The position numbers and the translations under genes are program-made. The notes beneath the pieces are model-generated. The model was not told where the DNA came from. It did no database searches and saw only the letters and a list, made by a program, of their open reading frames with translations. DNA of 63,891 nt, filler included, from Octopus bimaculoides (Eukaryota), in NCBI RefSeq assembly GCF_001194135.2. It is 5 parts of 4 records of this genome, joined end to end, with 100 filler letters (N's around TTAATTAATTAA, not from the genome) between each part and the next. Parts side by side here need not be neighbours in the genome. Positions count along the whole stretch, not along the records: positions 1 to 29,059 come from NC_068987.1; 4 more parts are not named here. One strand, given 5' to 3'. Shown one piece after another: positions 1 through 12,105 of this stretch; the first letter of the stretch is position 1, and every line of letters begins with the position of its first letter.

Positions 1-48
<48 letters not shown>

Positions 49-127
49 TTTCTGTGTGTGTGTATGTGTATATACATATATATATGTATAAATATGTTGT
101 CATTTCATCATTGATGATGGTTGATCC

Positions 128-435
128 ATATAGGTGCAAGTTTGGCTGTGTGGTAAGAAGTTTGCTTCTCAACTACATGTCCTGGGTTCAGTCCTATTGC
201 ATGGCACCTTGAGTAAGTGCTATAGGAAACTGAAAGAAACCTGTCGTGTGTGTGTATGTGTTACTGTCTTCTTGCCTTAACATTGCATGATAGTTGTAAA
301 TGAGTGTCAATGTTATGCAAATGGTGTTCTTTGTTTTCAATATTCTGTAAAAATTTGTCTGATTATGAGGAAATATTACCTTACTTGAAGGTAGTGAGAG
401 TTGGTGACAGGAAGGGTATTTGGATGTAGAAAACT
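128..435 (+). mobile_element. tRNA-like SINE family A
   Basis: Head tggctgtgtggtaagaag...gggttcagtcc (A/B-box-like). Other copies: 13960-14260 (-), 54510-54650 (-), 63080-63190 (-). Confidence 0.75.
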
Positions 436-548
436 GACTCAATGAAAAAATAAAAACTCTGGGTAGTTTGTCTATTTTCCTCCAAAGGTGTAAAATGAAA
501 GATTTAGGACACAAAATTTTAATTCTATGATTTTCCAATCTTTTATCT

Positions 549-736
549 TTTATTTTTCACTTGTTTCAGTCATTAGAGTATGGCTATGCTGGAGCACTGC
601 CTTGAAGAATTTGTTTAGTCAACAATTTTTTTCTTTTTGTTCCAATTGATATTTTTTTTTTATTGATAACAATTTTTTAAAAACTAAATTTGGTTTACAG
701 AAGACAAAAAATATAAATTATTATTTTCTTTTTATT
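549..736 (-). terminator. Candidate polyadenylation signals of the GILT-like gene
   Basis: AATAAA on the minus strand at 736-731 and 554-549. AT-rich context makes these weak. Confidence 0.25.
560..625 (+). mobile_element. SINE family C fragment
   Basis: ttgtttcagtcat..gctatgctggagcactgccttg motif, recurring at 18715-18833 (+), 31830-31990 (-) and 54270-54440 (+). Confidence 0.65.
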
Positions 737-742
737 TTACTT

Positions 743-787
743 TCAGCTGATAACTCTACCAGGGCAGTACTTTTCCTTATCCTTGCC
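743..787 (-). CDS. IFI30: GILT-like exon 6 (terminal)
   Basis: Acceptor ttttaatacAG; GKDKEKYCPGRVIS then TGA at 745-743. Matches the YQG...CP C-terminus of GILT; total 253 aa with no frameshift. Confidence 0.85.
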   Translation of the reverse strand, partial: GKDKEKYCPGRVIS

Positions 788-1374
788 CTGTATTAAAAGA
801 TAGAAATAAAAATTAAATATAAATAAAAATATAAATATAAATATATTGTTGTGAAAATGTAATAAAATAATCTAGATCAATTTATTTTCTATTGAGAAAT
901 GTCTGCTTTTACATTTGAAAACTGATTTCCCTTGTCTGAGAGGGTTTACAGCTTTCACTTGAAAACTTTCCTTTATATAATTCTCATTTCCCCAACAAAA
1001 AATAGTTTAATTAATTAATTAATCATACAAATTTTAATTATTGAAATATAAGTTTGGAAAGAAAAGAAAGATGTTAATATAAAAAATTTGTTTCAAGACA
1101 AACTCAAAACCTGGCTTTAAGTAATACAAAAATATCTTTATATTGCTTGCCATCTATTTCTATCTACTGGCCCAGGTGGGATGGTTTTAACAAATTAGAA
1201 AACATGTTCATTTAAACAAAGCTCCATTTATTTCAAACCATGACCATCTTGTCTCTGATATATAAATTTTCTCTGTTATAGGGCTTCTGTTACATGGTTC
1301 CTAGTCTCAAGATGTTAGAAATGTGTCATAGAAGATTTGTAGCTACAATGAGCCAGTTAAACAATTATGTAGAT

Positions 1375-1600
1375 ATTTCTCTATTAATTCATTTAGGAGT
1401 AAATGCTTTATCTGTTGGATAGCTGAATGTCTCTTTCTTAACTGATTCAAGAGTAAATGTCTTATTAGAGAGAGAGCTGGGTGTTTCCTTCATTAATTTA
1501 TTCAAGAGTAAATGCCTTATTAGACAGAAAGCTGGAGATATTTTTCATCAATTCATTCAGGAGTAAATGCTTTATTAGTTGGAAAGCTGGATGTCTGCTA
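1375..1600. repeat. About 55-bp minisatellite, 4 diverged units
   Basis: Anchor GAGTAAATG at 1397, 1451, 1506 and 1561 (periods 54/55/55). Confidence 0.85.
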
Positions 1601-2565
1601 CAGTCTATGATTTATTAGTAGAAATTTATGTCAGCCAATTAGTCAGAAGTAAACAAAGTGATATGCTTGACCTGATGGTTATAGCAAAGTTTGAACTAAT
1701 GCCTAGCATCTTAATCAAACAACAAGTTTTTTTTTTTAGTGTGTTTATTTAAAAGAAGAAGCATATTTATTTATAAGGCAACCATTTTTACTTAAATGTA
1801 TGCATTACCAACTTTCAATAATTTCTACATCAGAGATTGACAACTAACAGTCCAAATTTTTATAACATGTGGCCCTTGGGCCACATATATATGATATCTA
1901 TTACATATGAAAATACTTCTACATATCACCTATTACCTACATTTTCATGAGTGGCAATATTTATGTAAACAAAAATTAAAGAAACCATGACACATAAGAC
2001 CATCTAAAAATCATCAACTGCTCAGTGGCCCACAAATACATTCATCCTTTTGATACCAACCTGCCTGAGATTGCCCCTGGTTCTATGATACAAATAAAGT
2101 TATCTCAATTAAAACCTTCCATCAAAATTTCGTTGATGTCTGGAATTTAATTCCAGACATCAACTTAATAATGATTTTAATAAATTCTTCATTATTTTTG
2201 CAATAATTGGAACAAAGGTAGTATATTTCAGCATAAATATGGCAACAAAAGGGTTAAATTTTTATTAGAAAAGGTCTGAGGCCCTGAGAAAACACTTCAG
2301 TGGTTCACTCACTGCTGACATTTGGTCTACATCCTTTAAATGGTAAATACTCAAGTTGCTAGAAATAAGAGCCAAACTGTCCTCAAATCATACTCTTCTG
2401 TGTAAAATGGACACATTGGAAATGTAGCTATGTATACGCTATACCTGATAATATTTTTAGTCATAAGCTTGGTCAGTGAAGGCTGACTTGTAGCTAAACA
2501 ACCACATCGGCATGAACACCACTAAAGGGATAAAATGAAAAATATAGGCAATTTTAAATACTAAC

Positions 2566-2778
2566 TTGGTATGTTTCACAGATCAAATCTGTCAAATTAT
2601 TTTCAGCTCTTTTTTGTATAAGTTCTGAATGAACACCATTAAGAGTGACCCAAGGAACATACATGGGTGGAAGAGGCAAAGCATTAGTTTTCAATGCCAT
2701 TTGATGTTCTAAATAGATTCCAGTCGTTCCATTAGCACATGCAATCAGGTCATCTCTTTTATTTATGTGTTTCATAAC
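2566..2778 (-). CDS. IFI30: GILT-like exon 5
   Basis: Acceptor tttcAG, donor GTTAGT; 213 nt = VMKHINKRDDLIACANGTTGIYLEHQMALKTNALPLPPMYVPWVTLNGVHSELIQKRAENNLTDLICETYQ. Contains YVPWVTLNG and LICxxY motifs. Confidence 0.95.
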
Positions 2779-2919
2779 CTGAAAGGTAAAAAAAAGGTGT
2801 CAACAATGTAATTAGCACAGAAATAAAATCAAACATGTCAACGTTAATCAATCAACTTCCCTAATGGCTAAAGTGAGTTCACAATCAGTGCCTTGGTAGA
2901 TAAAATAATTAAGGATATG

Positions 2920-4955
2920 AAGACAGGGAAAACCCACCCACCCCATCAGGAATCACTGCAGAGATGCTTAAAATATCTGGTGGTGTGGGTTATGGTCTAG
3001 TCATCTGTATTGTAAATCTAGTTGTTCATGAAGGAATGACACCCAATGACTGGTGTAGCAGCACCATAGTCAACTGTTACAAAGGTAAAGGTGATGCTTC
3101 ATATAGAAATAATTACAGAGGTATCAAATTGTTGGATCAGGTGATGAAAGTTATGGAGAGGGTCATAGCCCAACTAATTAGGAATAGAGTTAGTCTAGAT
3201 GAGAAGCAGTTTGGTTTATGCCAGGGAGAAATACCACTGATGCTATATTTCTGGTAAGGCAGCTGCAGGAGAAATACCTAACCAAAGATAAACCTTTGTA
3301 TTTGGCTTTTGTTGACTCAGAGAAAGCCTTTGACAGGGTCCCTCAATCCCTTATCTGGTAGTCAATGCGGAAACTAGGGATAGACGAGTGGTTAGTGAAA
3401 GCTGTACAAGCCATGTACAGGGACACTACCAGTAAGGTGAGGGCTGGCAATGAATACAGTGAAGAATTCAGGGTACAAGTTGGGGTTCACCAAGGATCAG
3501 TCCTCAGCTCCTCTTGTTCATCATAGTCCTCCAGGCAATAACAGGAATTCAAGACAGGATGCCCCTGGGAGCTCCTCTATGCTGTTGACCTTGTTCTTAT
3601 AGCAGAATCACTACCAGAACTAGGGAAGTTCCAGATATGGAAGCAAGGTCTAGAATCGAAGGGCCTTAGAGTTAACTGAGCAAAAACCAAAGTCTTAGTA
3701 AATAGGAAGGCAGACAAATCACAAATCTCTTTAGGTAGATTTCATGCTCAATATGTAGAAAAGGTGTAGGTAGAAACTCCATAAGATGTACCTGGTGTAA
3801 GCTTTGGACACATAAGAGGTGCAGCAATATCAGAGGAAGGTTAACAGGGAAAATAGCTTTTGTGTGTGGAAGATGCGCAGCTACAATAAACACTGAAAAT
3901 GTACAGAAAACAGACTACATCAACTGCCAGTGGGGTTAGCTAGAGGTAGTAGATAGCTTCTGTTATCAAGGTGACCAAGTTAGTAGTGGACGTGGATGCT
4001 CCGAGAGCATAGCTGTGAGAATAAGAATAGGCTGGGCAAAGTTCAGAGAGCTCCTACCTTTGCTGGCAACAAAGTGCCTCTCCCTTGGAGCAAAAGGCAG
4101 ATTGTATAATACCAGTGTATGAACAGCTATGCTATACGGCAGTGAAACATGGGCTGTGACAGCTGAGGACATGTGCAGGCTTGAAAGAAATGAAGCCAGT
4201 ATGCTTTGCTGGATGTGCAATGTCAGTGTGCATATTCGACAGAGTGTAAGCATCTTGAGAGAAAAGTTGGGCTTAAGAGGTGTGCAAGAGAGACGACTGT
4301 GCTGGTGTGGTCATGTGATGTGTATAGATGAGGACAGCTGTGTAAAGAAGTGCTGATCTCTAACTGTAGAAGGAAGCTGTGAAAAAGGGAGACCTAAGAA
4401 GACATGGGACAAGGTGGTGAAGCATGATCTTTGAACTTTGAGTGTCACAGAGGCAATGACTAGCGACTGAGAACTTTGGTGATATGCTGTGCTTGGGAAG
4501 ATCCATCAAGCAAAGTGAAATTGTAGTCGTGGCTGATGCTGGTGTCGCATAAGCTGGTGGCATGTAAAAAGCACCTTTCGAGCACTGGGCCTTATGGAGG
4601 CAAAGTGGCCAATGCCAATAGCATGTGAAAAGCTCCTTTCGAGTGTTGGGCTTCATGGAAGCAATGACTGAGACCTTTAGCATTATGCCATGCTTGAGAA
4701 GAAAACCCATCAAGCCAAATAAAATTGCAGTCACGGCAGATACCAGTGTTGTGCAACTGGCACCCATACCAGTGTCACGTAAAAGCACCTGTTACACTCT
4801 TGGAGTGGTTGGTGTTAGGAAGGACATCCAGCTGTAGAAACCATGCCAAATCAGATTGGGATTTGGTGGAGCCTTCCAGCTTGCCAGCACTGGTCAAACC
4901 ATCCAACTGATGCTAGCATGAAAACGGCCACTAAATAATGATAATGACGATGATG
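2920..4955 (+). mobile_element. 5'-truncated, decayed RTE-clade LINE (reverse transcriptase and 3' UTR)
   Basis: Frames give NYRGIKLLDQVMKVMERV, QFG, AFVDxEKAFDRVP, GVHQGSVLS, LLYAxDLVL and AMLYGSETW, with stops and frameshifts. 3' UTR has internal subrepeats and ends in a (TGA/TAA) tail. Confidence 0.93.
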
Positions 4956-5023
4956 ATACATATGTGTGTGTATATATAGATATATATATATATATACATA
5001 TGTACGTACATACATACATACAT

Positions 5024-5058
<35 letters not shown>

Positions 5059-5059
5059 T

Positions 5060-5980
5060 ATACTTGGAAATGGATGCATGGCATTCAATTAAATAATAGT
5101 ATAATATATATATATATGTGTGTGTGTATATATATATATATATATGCATATATGGGTACAGGACGTCATCAACTGTATAAACAACATGAAGTATGAAAAC
5201 AAATAAGTTAAGTATGCAAACAACGAGAGTAAAAAATGGAAAACAGGACAAGTAAACACAGAGAACGACTGTTCATCAGTTGTCGGCTGTCTATCTATTC
5301 CTCATTTCAAGCATTCAATGAAAATATGAGTCTTCAAAGACAGTTGCTCCCATAAATTCTTTTCCTGCACGATGTTCTAAGAACTGGATATTTTCTTTCT
5401 CTCTCTTCAATCTTTTCTCTTTTCAAAGAAAATATTTCTCCTAGCATTCACTATTTTCCTCTCATTCTAGTTTAATGACCCTCTATTTTTTGTTTATGTT
5501 CGGTTTCGTTGTATGTCTCCACTGTCCTGTTTTTGTTCCCAACTTTGACCCTCCGTAAATCCTGAATTTTATTTTGGAATTTATGGGAGCAACTGTCTTT
5601 GAAGACTCATATTGTCATTGAATGCTCAAAATGAGGAGTAGATAGACAGCCAACAACTGATGAACAGTAGTTCTCTGTGTTTACTTGTCCTATTTTCTAT
5701 TTTTACTCTCGTTGTTTGCATATTTAACTCGTTTGTTTTCGTACTTCATGTTGTTTACACAATTGGTGATGTCCTGTACCCATATATGCACCGTTTTCTG
5801 TTTTCATTTTTGTTTTCGTTTCTCATTGTGTTTAACGTTTTTTTGATGTCTTGTACCCATATATGCATGTATGTATACATATAGATGTAGGTATGTACAT
5901 ATATGTATGGATATATGCATATATTTATATATTATTTATATTATATGATCGAACACCATGCATCCTTTTCCAAGTAAGTT
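5060..5980. repeat. Nested fold-back (inverted repeat) element
   Basis: 5145-5359 is the reverse complement of 5577-5790; outer 5060-5090 pairs with about 5950-5978. Confidence 0.85.
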
Positions 5981-6645
5981 TTATCTTAATAATTACAATG
6001 CGCACTCTTCTATCTCTTCTCTGTCCATCTCTCGCCCTCTCTTGTTCTTCATCCTTTCTGTTTTTCTCTCACACCCTTTCCCTATTCTTCTCTCCCTTTC
6101 ACCGTTCCCTCTCTCTCTCACTCTTCTTCCTTGACTCTCTCGTCGCTAACACGTGATGAAAGGGGATCTCTCTTTCTGTCCACTGCCTTCCTAAAGAAAA
6201 GACGTGTTTTTTCTGTCTCTTCTCTCAGTGCACGTTTACCTAGCATTCATAATATTTTTTCTATCGTCTTGGCTCAACAGCACTCACCGTTTGTTTTTAC
6301 TGTCTTGTTCTCACTGTCCTGTTCTCGTTAACACTTTCACCCTCCACAAAAAATTTCAAATTTTATTTAATTTGCTTTGTGGTAAGGACTGTTCCGACAA
6401 AGTCGCGTATTCTCCTTGCTTTTGAAATGCGAAGTAGATGGAACAGGGTCAACTGACGAAGGGGTATACACTTTATGCTGCATGTCTCGTTTCTCTGTTN
6501 NNNNNNNNNNNNNNNNNNNNNNNNNNNNNNNNNNNNNNNNNNNNNNNNNNNNNNNNNNNNNNNNNNNNNNNNNNNNNNNNNNNNNNNNNNNNNNNNNNNT
6601 GCAGGTGGCACGTAAAAAACACCATTTTGAGCATGGCCGTTGCCA

Positions 6646-8190
6646 GTATGATTTAATGTTGTTTTGAAACTGTTCGGTATGCGCATGTGAGTGTGTGCAA
6701 GCTCGTATGTGTGCACGCTCATATGTGTGCACGCACTTATGTGTTCGTGCTTATATGTAAGTATGTGCGTCCATATGTGTATTTGTAACAATTTCGTTTA
6801 TATCAGATCAGATAGAGACTTTGCACTTGGTTTTGATTTCCTTTCTGTTATATATATATATATATATATTTTATTTAAACAAGACTAAACAAGAGACTCC
6901 CAGTACTTGACACAGAACTTTGGCTAGAAACAATTAACGACAAAGTTCAAATCCTCCACTCACATTATATGAAACTTATATCTTCAAAGTATATTATCCA
7001 TAAGAATTTGGCTCTATCACACAGTGTGAAAATTAATATATTAATAGCTGATTTAGTCAGAATAATGAAAAACATATCCCCCTTGTGCAGTCCCTGGGAG
7101 AGGCAAAGACATATACAAGACTTCATGCATCACATGCTGTTTTCGGGATACAGCCAGAAAGATAGAATCCAAGTATACAGAGGAGCTAGCAAGAAATTTG
7201 AGGAGATTGTTGTCAAAGATACAGATAGAACACAACCTAGATACCGTAATAAACAGTAGAATAGACTACAAAGAATTACTGACAAAACAAACAGAAAGAA
7301 CACATGGTACAATACCGACAAGTTCCAGAGAGTAATGTTTATAGACGCCATACCACACAGAGAACTAGCCCACAGATTTCGAAAAATCCTCAGAAGTACT
7401 AAGTTGAGGATAAATGTTATAGAAACCCAGGGAGATCCATTAGATCAATAATATGTAAAACATACCCCTTCAGGACAAAGTGTGTAGAAGAGAATTGCAT
7501 TGTGTGCAAATATAGTCCTGGTATCAACTGCAAAGCCAGAAATGTGGTCTACAAAATAAGCTGTATGGATGGTGATTGTAAAAACAGAAACACGACATAG
7601 ATAGGTGAAATGGCGAGAAGTTTGGCTGAGAGGGACTATAAGAATAACAAACAAACCTCGGTGCTATACCAGCATGCCAAAGAACAACATGGTGGTGTAC
7701 TGGACCGAATTAGCATAGAAATCCTGTCTAGACACCCCGGTGACACATCATTGTGGCAAATACAAGAGTCAGTCCTCATAACTGAAACGCGACCAATTTT
7801 GAACACTAAATACATGTAGATGAGGGCCTTACAATTGTCCATGGTTGCATGTGTTGTTCACACATGTGATGCGGAACGTGAACGTAAATAAATAAATAAA
7901 TAAATAAAAAAAAAATATATATATATATAACAGAAAGGAAACCAAAACCAAGTCCAAAGTCTCTATCTGATCTGTTACAAACACACATATGGACGCACAT
8001 ACTTACATATAAGCACGAACACATAAGTGCGTGCACACATATGAGCGTGCACACATACAAGCTTGCACACACTCACATGCTCATACCGAACAGTTTCAAA
8101 ACAACGCCAAATCATACATTCAAAATAAATGGAAGTGGAGAGACAAGTTACTGAAGAGATTGCAAGGGTGCAATGAAATTATTTAACAAA
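6646..8190 (+). mobile_element. Penelope-like element, 5'-truncated (RT thumb + GIY-YIG endonuclease), with inverted terminal duplication
   Basis: 6885-7819 reads LPVLDTELW...HYMK, NVVYKISC, ARSLAER, SVLYQHAKEQH and QIQESVLITETRPILN (GIY-YIG). 6646-6876 is the reverse complement of about 7900-8117. Confidence 0.88.
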
Positions 8191-8864
8191 AAACTATATA
8201 CTGTTTATAAATTAATAAAGGACTGAACCAGTGCGTGTGTTTATTACCGGCATAATGCCTCTCCCAAGGTTTAATTGTATTTCTTTCAACACACGTATCC
8301 ACATTAAGAATCTTGTACATGAAATACACATACGAAATTAATATATACTTTGTAAAAAAAAAGCAACAAAGTTTTAGTAAATCATTGCATAGAACTAAAC
8401 CTAATGTAGTAAAAAAACAAAAAGACTTTAACTGAAATGCTAGTTATATTATTTCCTCTTAAACTCTGTAACATATCACATCTTTAAAATATTTACTATA
8501 TTGAATCTTGCCAGCATCACCCCTCATCATTCTACTCAATTTTTAGTGATTGCATATATAAGCTCTATATATATGGATACTTTCTGATTCTCTAACAAGA
8601 AAAAGTTATATAGAATGGGTGGTATAAAGGCAAGGGAGCACATCAGAACTATTATGAATAACTAATTTAGGGTTGAAAGTTGTGATGGTTAATTTCCAGC
8701 TGTCTATTTAGACTTTCATTACTTTTGGAATATGAAAAATAAAATTCCAGATCTATTTAGATGCAAGTAGTCATCTGGATGTTTGCTGTAGGGGTTCTGA
8801 TCCTGAACCCAAACTTTCCTAGAATAATTCTTTCTAATTTTGGCAGAAAGCTAGTAATTTTGAG

Positions 8865-9035
8865 GGAAGAGGGATGTTAATTACATCAACTCCAGTAACC
8901 AACTGATTTTAATGAGCCCAAAAAGATGAAAGACAAATTTGACCCTGGCTGCATTTGAACTCAGAATGTAAAGAGCTAGAAGAAATACTGTTGAGCATTT
9001 TGTCCTGCATGGTAATGATTCTGCCAGCTCACCAT
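8865..9035 (-). mobile_element. SINE family B copy
   Basis: tttgaactcagaa reversed B-box and aaagatgaaagacaaa core. Further copies: 12150-12310, 12400-12490, 34440-34570, 34830-35060 (+), 36820-36960, 51260-51400, 60300-60460. Confidence 0.75.
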
Positions 9036-9236
9036 TCTAACCTTCTGAGAGTAATGAATTTACATTCTGTCTGGAAGAATGAACATCACTTATTCACTAA
9101 ATATGATAGAAACTTGGATGCTCTCTACTTTTACAAGGTAATATGGTGCTGAAATTAAGAGTATAATCTATATAGTTGCAACTGAAGTTGTTTCTAGAAA
9201 AAATATATTTGAGAGACCAAAATTATAAATACCTAC

Positions 9237-9344
9237 CATTTGTACACATTTTTCTGGTTTTTGAATTTTAAACATACATGTTTCCAGATCATAAATAAAC
9301 TTCACATAAATGTTAGGATCTTCTAAAATGTGTATTGCACAGGT
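9237..9344 (-). CDS. IFI30: GILT-like exon 4
   Basis: 108 nt = TCAIHILEDPNIYVKFIYDLETCMFKIQKPEKCVQM; donor GTAGGT. The acceptor G is at 9345, with the A inside the 10-N gap and a poly-T tract beyond it. Confidence 0.88.
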
Positions 9345-11118
9345 CNNNNNNNNNNAAAAAAAAAAAAAAAAAACAATTTTAAAATATTGGTTTCTTTCAA
9401 CTAGGTACAAAACTCTAAAGAAAATAGGATATTATGAAACAATATAAATATTGTGATTTTAGCAACAAAACAAGTAAAACTTCAGCAAAGAATCAAAACT
9501 GAGCTAGATTCTTAGTTCACTACAAGACTGGACCATACCTTTAGTTTATTACAAAAACTGTAGCGTATTCTTAATTAATTATAAGCTTATCATTTACACT
9601 TTACATTTGTTGCTATGAGTTTGAAAATAATGATTTCTTTCAAGTCGATAAGAGAGAAGACTGCCAGGAATCCAGAAAAGAATCAAAATTTCAGGCTGAT
9701 TTAATCAGATAAAAAACAGAGAATAAAGATTTGTATATGTTCTGTGAAGACCAAAGGTTTGAATTATGCTAAATCATTGGAAAGAAGTCTGTTCAAAAGG
9801 ACATTGGCATCTTTCTTCTGAATGGCAGTAGAAAAAAGATTCACTATAAATGGTTATTCAACAAGGAATTTGAGTCATGTAGTGAAAATCTTTGAGTAAA
9901 ACCCAACAAAAGCAGTAACTACTAAGGTTACCACAGAAATCATTAATTATGAAATTAGGGACCTAAAAGCTTTAAGTTCATCTACAATAGTTACAGGGAT
10001 GCTAAATGTACCAGATTTCATACTCTACAAGCTTCTACATTAATCAAGTAATGACTGGCAGAGCAGTGTTATTATAAACTACAATAAAGGTTTGTATTAA
10101 AGAGGTGAGTTTACAAAAGGTTCAGATTAATGTATGAGATTAGTTGAAAGGGATTCATAAAGATGCTAGAGCAAGATGGGGTTAGTTTCAATAACATTGT
10201 TTGGATTTATTTAGGGTTTAGAACTACAAGAGCAATAGTTCAACTATATTTCATGATTATAGGCCGAGAAAATTTTCTGTAGTGTGGTGGGAGAGCAAAA
10301 TTTTTAAGAATAGATTAGACTACCTGTGACCTGTTGGGCCACCAATAGTTCAAGGTATCCAAAAAAACTGTGTGAAATAATTTTTTCTACAGGTTTTTCA
10401 AGTGCATTCAAAGTATTTCACCTCCAAACCCACTGCAAGCCACTTTCTTCCAGAAAAGAAAGTGGGAGGGGTTGTGGGGACCTCACAGTTTCCCACCAAC
10501 AGAGTTTATTTTGTGTATTTTTTTCTTTTCCAGGTTATTTTGCATGCTTTCAATGAATGTGACATCGAAATCACATGCAAACGGCTCCTTTCTCCAGAAA
10601 AGGAAAGATTTGGCTGCTATTTCTTGCACACCCTGCTACCATGTAACATGGGGTTTCTGACAAAACAATAATGAGCTTAGACAAATACTAGATGTACAGG
10701 AGATTCCATTAAACAAAATTCTTTTATTGTCCAGATCTCTTGCTAGTTGTAGTAGTTTCTTTTATCTAAGAAATAGAATTAGTGATGAAAGTAGGAGTGA
10801 AAGTAAAGAAGTGGTGATAGTAGTTGAAATTTCAGAGCTCTGTTCTTGTGTTGGCAACAAAGGATATCTTTTTCGATACAAAAGACTCAAAAAACATAGT
10901 TGCTGTCATGTAACCTCAAATAAAAAGATGAAAGGGGGCACAGGGTCGAGAGGAGTGTCAATAAGCTATTCTGTAAAACTCCTCTCACCCATACCAGCAG
11001 ACAAAAATAGGTGTTAAAAGACTATTCCCAATGATTTTCATTAAGCAGAGGCAAGGTTAATTTTGTACAATATACATCACTGCAATATAAATCACTACAA
11101 CATAAACCATTACAATAT

Positions 11119-11210
11119 ATGAGGGTGTACTGAAAAGTTCCTGACTTTGGGTAAAAAAAGATATAAGAGGATCAGTTAATTATGATTTTACTCAACATAT
11201 TAATTTTTTT
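11119..11210 (+). mobile_element. Mariner-type terminal inverted repeat fragment
   Basis: TA-TGAGGGTGTACTGAAAAGTTCC resembles mariner TIRs; no partner TIR located. Confidence 0.45.
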
Positions 11211-12030
11211 TTATTATTTCTATTATTTCATTTTTACTCTGTGGTATCTAACATCTCCAAGCAACAAGAAAGTATCTATACTACAGCTTGATCTGCTAGA
11301 AATTACATCAAATCTCATGTTTTCATCTTAAAAAAAACAAAGATGGATACAGGTTGTATGTCTAGGACTACATTATTCAATCTGTGCTTCCATTTTTTAA
11401 TAATGTAGTCCTGGATATATTATGTCTGATAAAAAGACAGGTTGATTATGGTTATAATAACAGGTTGGTCATAGATGGAATACTTTTGATCAAAAACAAG
11501 TACCTAATTATAGGTGTGCCGAGTTGCTGAGATCTAGGTATCTGTGTCCATAGTGACAAGATGCAAGCCTCTACATCACACTTTACTGTCTTTACCTTCT
11601 AAACTCAGTCATTTGCAAAGTGTTAAGGAGGATATACTATATTTCTTTTTTTGAGTTTTCTTTCCTTGGAAAAATCAAATTTGGCAAACCTGAAATGCTT
11701 TCATAAATGGAAATCTGATTTAAATTTTTAAAAATTCTAAATTGAAATTTAAACTTGAATAGTAATGGAATGTTTTATTATAATTCTTTTTTTGACAAAC
11801 GTTAAAATTTTCATTTTCCTTCAATTTTTTTTTCAGTTTATGAAAACATAAGTTTTATCCATTTTCAAAACCAAAAATATTGAAAACTAAAAAACATAAT
11901 TTGGACAAAATAAAATGAAAGCAAATGTTTTCTATGGTGAGGGAAAAAATCACATTTTGACATTAGTCTTAAAGAATTGGTAAACCTACTAAGTTCAAGT
12001 GATATATGTTAGGAATTTGATGAGACTGAC

Positions 12031-12105
12031 CTCTAAAATATTCACTGAGCATTCCTCGGCACCATGCTGACAAGTGAATTTCCAACTTTTACCATCCTTC
12101 TGCTC
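12031..12105 (-). CDS. IFI30: GILT-like exon 3 (GILT signature)
   Basis: Acceptor ttttttccAG, donor GTCAGT; 75 nt = EQKDGKSWKFTCQHGAEECSVNILE. With the next exon it completes CQHGx2ECx2Nx4C. Absent from the ORF track. Confidence 0.95.

Noticed and set aside
10320-11020. Plus-strand acceptor at about 10532 and short ORFs inside GILT intron 3
   Set aside because: No coherent protein; Cys/His spacing on the minus strand hints at a decayed zinc-knuckle LINE ORF1 but is too eroded to call.
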